From IMG/VR virus record IMGVR_UViG_3300047499_000163: a DNA stretch of 64,000 nucleotides, one strand, 5' to 3'. The number at the start of each line of letters is the position of its first letter. The stretch's first letter is position 1. Origin of the DNA: an uncultured virus (IMG/VR IMGVR_UViG_3300047499_000163). Lineage: Duplodnaviria > Heunggongvirae > Uroviricota > Caudoviricetes. The position numbers and the translations under genes are program-made. The notes beneath the pieces were generated by a model. The model worked only from the letters and a program-made list of their open reading frames with translations. It did not search any database and was not told where the DNA came from. Shown one piece after another: positions 59,109-64,000 of this stretch.

Positions 59109-59300
59109 CTAGGCCACCTTGTCCTTTGCCGGAGCCCACGGGGCGGGCGCCGTCGTGCGGCACACCTCCGTGCCGCGTTCGTCGTCCAGCTCCATCACGT
59201 CGACGACGATGAGGTTGGTCTTGCGGTTGACGAACAGGACGACCTCGCGGCCGTCTTCCAGCTTCGTCCGGAACCGCCGGATGCCCTTGATACCAGCCAT
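59109..59300 (-). CDS. Hypothetical protein
   Basis: Promoter at 59323-59346 plus GGAGGTGG. Confidence 0.6.
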   Translation of the reverse strand: MAGIKGIRRFRTKLEDGREVVLFVNRKTNLIVVDVMELDDERGTEVCRTTAPAPWAPAKDKVA

Positions 59301-59359
59301 GAATTCCACCTCCACCTGCCGGTACGCGCCGCGTGCTCGGGTCTGCGCCTCGTATTGGG

Positions 59360-59536
59360 CTAGTGGCGGTTGCGCCACGAGCGGGTGATCCGCCAGTAGA
59401 CGAGGTTCGCCAAATGGCGCTGACTCCACGAGGATTCGAAGTGCAGCTTGAGGTACCGGGCGAGCTTCTCCAGATACGCACGTTTGGACCTAATCAGGTC
59501 GCCGCGCCTCAAAGCCTCGGGAGCCAGAAAGCTCAT
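59360..59536 (-). CDS. Small basic protein
   Basis: Ends LHFESSWSQRHLANLVYWRITRSWRNRH*. Confidence 0.6.
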   Translation of the reverse strand: MSFLAPEALRRGDLIRSKRAYLEKLARYLKLHFESSWSQRHLANLVYWRITRSWRNRH

Positions 59537-60123
59537 GACAGCATCACTGTCGCAACAGCAATCAGGTCCTCCAGCTCTTGCTTGGAAGGGAAGGGCCTGT
59601 CGACCGTGAACATATTGTCCACTATGACGGCGAGATGCCGGACGTACTCGCTGCAACCGAGGGCCTTCTGGCAGATATCCGCAAGCGAGTTGTGCGTCAG
59701 ATGGCGGGCCTTGCGGTCCTGCTCCTTGATGTGGATGAGACCGCGCACGATGCCTTCCGGACCGAGTTCCTTGGCAAACTGACTCAGGCCGTCCGGGTAT
59801 CCGATACGCCAGATGGTCTCCTGTATGAGATCTTCCGGAATAGGCAGACCCCTTTGCTTGCAGACGTTGCGGTATTTCTTGGCGTTGGTGATGAGCGACC
59901 GAGAAGTCTTGCCTCCGAACTTGGGGTCGCTCATGCGCCGGTCGAGGTACGCCTGCAGCGCCTCCCTCGGGTCGCACACCTGGCACTTGCGCAGATGCTT
60001 GAGGACGGCTCCGTACAGGATCTGGTTGTCGACGATGAAGCTCGACACCGGGCCGGTCTTCGTCTCTTTCGAGGTCCGACCGTCCTTCCGACCCTCCACG
60101 GTGATTTCGCAGTTCAGACCCAT
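59533..60123 (-). CDS. Hypothetical protein with VMLS tag
   Basis: HLRKCQVC; ends ELEDLIAVATVMLS*. Confidence 0.65.
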   Translation of the reverse strand: MGLNCEITVEGRKDGRTSKETKTGPVSSFIVDNQILYGAVLKHLRKCQVCDPREALQAYLDRRMSDPKFGGKTSRSLITNAKKYRNVCKQRGLPIPEDLIQETIWRIGYPDGLSQFAKELGPEGIVRGLIHIKEQDRKARHLTHNSLADICQKALGCSEYVRHLAVIVDNMFTVDRPFPSKQELEDLIAVATVMLS

Positions 60124-60386
60124 TCGACCCCTAGGCACGATAGCACATCGGCCAGCCAGGAGCCCTGCTTCTCGGGATCGTCGCCGAGCCCCATCCCGCC
60201 GAGCTTGTCGGCGTACTCGTTCCAGACCCACTGGAGCTTGTCCCACAGCTCGTCGCGGGTCAGCGAGTCGTTGCCCATGATGGGGTCGTTGCCGAACGTG
60301 AACTTGTCGATACCCTGAGCGTCCCAGGCTTGGTCGAACTGTTCTCGCGTCGGCATTTCACCGTATGTCATCGTAAACAGGGCCAC
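60114..60386 (-). CDS. Acidic hypothetical protein
   Basis: Promoter at 60407-60430 plus GGAGGTG. Confidence 0.6.
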   Translation of the reverse strand: MALFTMTYGEMPTREQFDQAWDAQGIDKFTFGNDPIMGNDSLTRDELWDKLQWVWNEYADKLGGMGLGDDPEKQGSWLADVLSCLGVEWV

Positions 60387-60704
60387 CGCGCACCTCCACG
60401 CGCCCGTACGCGTGCGCGTACTCGATCGACGCCCGGCACCAATGTCCTTCGGATCGCGCGGGCTCGGGCGCGTTTGTGAAGGTGGTTGTTTCTCTAAGAG
60501 AGAATTTCAAAATCCACAAAATTAATAAAGTGATGACTGAATGAAATACCTCATCGTCCGCAAAAATATTTGGCTGCATTTAGTGCATGACCAAAGATTT
60601 TTACTCTTTTCAATCCAATTGTGACCAGGTTCTTCTTCCATATAGTTGATCCTACACAGGACGGAAGCCCGAGCAGCCGGCGCGTATCAGGAACCGCTGA
60701 ACCA

Positions 60705-61226
60705 TCAAGTAATTTGTGCAAACGGTTTTCGAAGTTGAGGAATACCATTGGGTGTTTGATGATAGCTCCGTTCCTCAACTTTTTTGATCTGCTGGCAGTT
60801 TGCACATAACACCTGGAATCCAGATGGAAGATTGCGGTCAAGCCATTTATAGAAATTGACACCTTGTCCAATTTCTTTCCGGTGTCGGTTTCCTCCTCCA
60901 TTAATATGATCTATGGTCAAGGCCCTCATATCATCGAATCCACATACACACCGCGGATGGGGACCACCATAGTGCAAGAAAACTCGATATTTACATTCGT
61001 AATATCGTGCAAGACATGCGGCGTTATGAGCTTCTCGATATGTATCTCGCTCGGTTGCGTAATGACCACGCTTCTCACGACGAGCTATCGTACGTCGTTC
61101 ATTCCGGCAAAGCTTGCACTCATGAAACTTGCCGTCTCTAGTAAAGCTACTGTTGCCAAAATCATTGATGGTTTTGCGTTTATCACATCTGGTACAACGC
61201 TTCTTCGACATATTCTGAGTCACCAT
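60705..61226 (-). CDS. HNH-type (His-Cys) endonuclease
   Basis: CTRC, LTIDHINGGGNRHR, FQVLCANC; low GC. Confidence 0.8.
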   Translation of the reverse strand: MVTQNMSKKRCTRCDKRKTINDFGNSSFTRDGKFHECKLCRNERRTIARREKRGHYATERDTYREAHNAACLARYYECKYRVFLHYGGPHPRCVCGFDDMRALTIDHINGGGNRHRKEIGQGVNFYKWLDRNLPSGFQVLCANCQQIKKVEERSYHQTPNGIPQLRKPFAQIT

Positions 61227-61252
61227 AAAAAGATGATTCTCGGGAGAGAAAC

Positions 61253-61447
61253 GTGATCACCTGCGAACTGCATCTGATGATGGGGCCATTCCCCGACAGA
61301 TGCGACAGTGAAGCTGAATACTTCTACCAAGTGGGTGGCAGTTATCCTGAATATCACGCCCGCTGCAAACGACACCCGATGAACATGGAGGTCTGGAAGC
61401 CGGTCTCCAAGGAGCAGTATGTCTTCGGCTCTGTCATGGATTCCTAA
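61253..61447 (+). CDS. Small Cys/His protein with VMDS tag
   Basis: ARCKRH...VSKEQYVFGSVMDS*. Confidence 0.65.
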   Translation: MITCELHLMMGPFPDRCDSEAEYFYQVGGSYPEYHARCKRHPMNMEVWKPVSKEQYVFGSVMDS

Positions 61448-61622
61448 ATGCGACTTCTGCGGGAACACCGCTTGTAAGTTTTACAAGGCCCACCGTCGAA
61501 ACGCCTGGGAGCAGACGAAATACTTCGCTTGCTGCAATCTCCATAAGAATCCGATCAGAGACGATTCCGAAGGAGAGGTTTCCATCGACGAGTATGTTAT
61601 CGCAGGAATCCACGACTCGTGA
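61419..61622 (+). CDS. Small Cys/His protein with IHDS tag
   Basis: CDFC...CCNLH...VSIDEYVIAGIHDS*. Confidence 0.65.
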   Translation: MSSALSWIPKCDFCGNTACKFYKAHRRNAWEQTKYFACCNLHKNPIRDDSEGEVSIDEYVIAGIHDS

Positions 61623-61685
61623 AGATGGAAAGTTAGATGGCTCTCAATCCTTCTCGTCATTTTTGGGGTAAACCAGCTTACACAT

Positions 61686-61895
61686 TTGTTCCATCATGTC
61701 AGGACACAAGAATCTTTCCAACACCGGAAGTTCAAAGACGTCAGGCTCACCCTGCGAGACGGGACTGTTCACACGCCAGTCAACGGCTGGAAGTGCAAGC
61801 GGTGCGGCCACATCTGGTGGGACTGCACGCCGCCTCGGCCGAGAGCCGAGCCCATTTGCCATATGCTCATCGTGAGCAAAGTGATGGAATCATGA
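61686..61895 (+). CDS. Small zinc-finger protein with VMES tag (start uncertain)
   Basis: WKCKRC...CHMLIVSKVMES*. Confidence 0.6.
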   Translation: MFHHVRTQESFQHRKFKDVRLTLRDGTVHTPVNGWKCKRCGHIWWDCTPPRPRAEPICHMLIVSKVMES

Positions 61896-62182
61896 ACGAA
61901 CGGGACTACAGCGAAGCGGTGTACGACTGGCGAAGGACGGGCCGGCAGGACGCCGCGAACGTGATGGACCCGAACGAGATCGAGGACCGTCTCGGCAAGG
62001 AGCCCTCTGCTGCGGCCGTCAAGAAGTGGCTGCTCGAGGAGACGGATCCCGAGATCTACCTCGAAATGCCCGGGGATGTCACGGAGGAGCAGAAGAAGGG
62101 CCTGCTCGATGCATGGGCGGATGGCTGGTCGGCGTACGCTTCGCATGCCATGGTCGGAAGGCCAAGGCCGGAGGATTCGTGA
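61892..62182 (+). CDS. Acidic hypothetical protein
   Basis: ATGA coupling. Confidence 0.55.
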   Translation: MNERDYSEAVYDWRRTGRQDAANVMDPNEIEDRLGKEPSAAAVKKWLLEETDPEIYLEMPGDVTEEQKKGLLDAWADGWSAYASHAMVGRPRPEDS

Positions 62183-62463
62183 CAGAGGAGTTGCCCTCAA
62201 TCCAGTGCGACTACTGCTGGGGAGATTCGCCGTCGCAGCAAGTACCGGACCGAGGGAGCCGGTGCCCGCACGAGGCCGAGCTTTTCTACATGATAAAATG
62301 TCGCCCCAACAGGCGAGATACCATGGAGGTCGCCCGGAGGCTCGGCCGCGACTTGTATATCTCGGCAAGGTGCCCGGCGCATCCGCGAGCGGATTCCACG
62401 CTCTTCGAGCGCCAGCCCATCAGCCGGGCCGAGTACCTGGTCGCTGAAGTGATGGAGTCGTGA
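62179..62463 (+). CDS. Cys/His protein with VMES tag
   Basis: CDYC...ARCPAH...ISRAEYLVAEVMES*. Confidence 0.7.
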   Translation: MTEELPSIQCDYCWGDSPSQQVPDRGSRCPHEAELFYMIKCRPNRRDTMEVARRLGRDLYISARCPAHPRADSTLFERQPISRAEYLVAEVMES

Positions 62464-62687
62464 CAAGCCCCATCCGCCCCGACCAGCACGATTGGAGGAA
62501 GGGAGGAAGGCTCCGCTTGCCAGCGGACGTGCGTCCAGGAAAGCCCGCCCTGTGGCTCTACTCGTGCAGGAAATGCGGTCACTCGACCGCGGCGCAGTTC
62601 CAACCGAGCCGGAACGCAAAAGTCCAGCTCAAAAGCGGGAACTTCTCCTGCGATGAGTACCTAGCGCGCAGGATCCACGAGAGCTGA
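62460..62687 (+). CDS. Small zinc-finger protein with IHES tag
   Basis: HDW...YSCRKC...CDEYLARRIHES*. Confidence 0.75.
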   Translation: MTSPIRPDQHDWRKGGRLRLPADVRPGKPALWLYSCRKCGHSTAAQFQPSRNAKVQLKSGNFSCDEYLARRIHES

Positions 62688-62690
62688 GGG

Positions 62691-63029
62691 TCACTCCTCG
62701 CCGCGAGCCCGGCGCTTCTCGTGAGATACCCGGCCGCCGACGCGACCCGCGCGCCTGGCCTCTTCCGAAGTGAACTCGTGAGCGGTGCCTGCTCGGTGGG
62801 CAGCCTTGCCGCCTTTGCGGGCAATCTCGGACACGAGCTTGCGGTCCATGGCCGCAAAGCCGCGGGGTCGGGATTTGTCCGAATAGGGACCGGGCTGGGA
62901 CCGAGGGGCTTCTTTCGCGGCAGGAGTCTCGGCCACGGTGTCCAGACCGTGGCATTCGGAGAACTTCTTGCCGGAAGCGCAGGGGCAAAGGTCTGAGGGA
63001 GCGGGCATCGCCTGCCACTCTACACTCAT
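62691..63029 (-). CDS. SEC-C motif plus KGG-repeat stress protein
   Basis: DLCPCASGKKFSECHG and RGFAAMD...EIARKGG...AHEFTSEEARRAG. Confidence 0.75.
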   Translation of the reverse strand: MSVEWQAMPAPSDLCPCASGKKFSECHGLDTVAETPAAKEAPRSQPGPYSDKSRPRGFAAMDRKLVSEIARKGGKAAHRAGTAHEFTSEEARRAGRVGGRVSHEKRRARGEE

Positions 63030-63957
63030 TCGAAGGTGCGCTCGTCTGGATGGGCTTGGAGAAATTCCGCCAGAACGTTGGGCAGAAGCCCCTCTCCGAC
63101 ATCTTCGCCGTTGATGGTCTGCGGGGTGAACGCCACGTATTTGTTGCCGAACTCCTGCATGAGCTTGGTCTGAAATTGTTTGTCCTGCAGAAGCGTGCAG
63201 GATCTCGTCGTCGGAGATGGAACTCTCTTCCGATTCCGGCTCCATGTCGGCTGGTCCGACGAATTCTATCGACGCCGTGGCGTCAGAGCTGTCGGTATTC
63301 TTCCAATCGTAGTCCAGCTCGGCAAAGCAGAGGACCTTGACATCGGGGCTCTTGCCATTCCACGCAAGCCGGGTGCGACTTGCGATACGCAGATTTGGCC
63401 AACGCGCGCGTGCCACGCGCATAGCAGCAAGGGGTACAAGCCTACCTGCAGACGACGGCGATGATGGCCGAGGGAAGATACGAGACGTAGCACTCTTCGT
63501 CAGCGTCGCCCACGACGCGCACGAGGTATCCGCCGAGGTCGGTGTTGTTGACGGTGAAGTTGCAGAGCGAGAGCTTGGCGCGGCCGACTTCTTGCGAACC
63601 GTGGCGCCCGCCGAGGACGGGAGAGAGGAACTGCACGTCCACATACTCGGGCGTCAGGGCCTTGCACTCGACGAGACCGGGATAGTGGTCCGACAGTTCT
63701 TCGAAAAGGCGCTGCAGACGGTCCTGCATCCCCACGTCAGCCATGGCCGAGGGTACGGCGCGCGAGGTCGCGTTTCCGTCCGAGCTGCGCCGAAGATGCT
63801 CGGACTGGATCAATTTCAACAATTTCTCGCGGGTTCTGGAAGGTGCGCGCGAGACCAGCTTGGAAAACCCGCCTTCGGGGTTCTTCGCAGCATGCAGCAC
63901 CTGCATGCTTGGAGCGACCTATTGTTTCATTATGTCGTACCGTCTCCTACACAGTCT

Positions 63958-64000
63958 TCAGGAGGTCATGACCTGCCAGGCAACGAAGTCGCCGAGAGTG
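63958..64000 (-). CDS. C-terminal fragment of a tag-family protein (VMTS)
   Basis: ...LGDFVAWQVMTS*, truncated by the window edge. Confidence 0.5.
   Translation of the reverse strand, partial: TLGDFVAWQVMTS

Noticed and set aside
5360..64000. Tag family as products of a diversity-generating retroelement or as integron cassettes
   Set aside because: No reverse transcriptase, integrase, template/variable repeat pair or attC-like repeat is visible, and the similarity is at the peptide level.
1..64000. Stop-codon reassignment
   Set aside because: TAA, TAG and TGA all end conserved genes at expected positions; broken genes change frame rather than read through a stop.

Overview
This window looks like part of a large, GC-rich (jumbo-type) bacteriophage genome. 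The host is plausibly a myxobacterium (inferred from a KGG stress protein, a SWIM-fused ATP-dependent ligase and ECF-like promoters). Positions 1-5.4 kb hold three tandem Gly/Ser/Thr-rich paralogues, probably virion proteins. The remainder is a dense, mostly minus-strand accessory region of small genes. Recognisable genes there include a QueC-like enzyme, a nucleotidyltransferase-like protein, an internally inverted NAMPT remnant, an orphan TnpB, a stand-alone BRCT protein, DUF488, five HNH endonucleases, an AAA+ ATPase with a metallopeptidase/VWA partner, an ATP-dependent DNA ligase, a metallophosphoesterase and PolX. Three patterns stand out. (1) About 45-50 otherwise unrelated ORFs end in the same C-terminal motif, [VI]-[MH]-[ED]-S-stop, mostly VMES; it uses varied synonymous codons, suggesting a shared docking, sorting or degradation tag, and one subfamily is a set of small HxW/CxxC/C zinc fingers. 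(2) About 30 copies of a strictly spaced promoter, G(T/C/G)A(A/G)-N16-(C/T)GTA, are followed 9 nt later by either a Shine-Dalgarno or a start codon. (3) A tRNA-like RNA of about 110 nt has its own copy of that promoter. Many single-base frameshifts are present and may be assembly errors. All calls come from manual motif reading; no searches were run.
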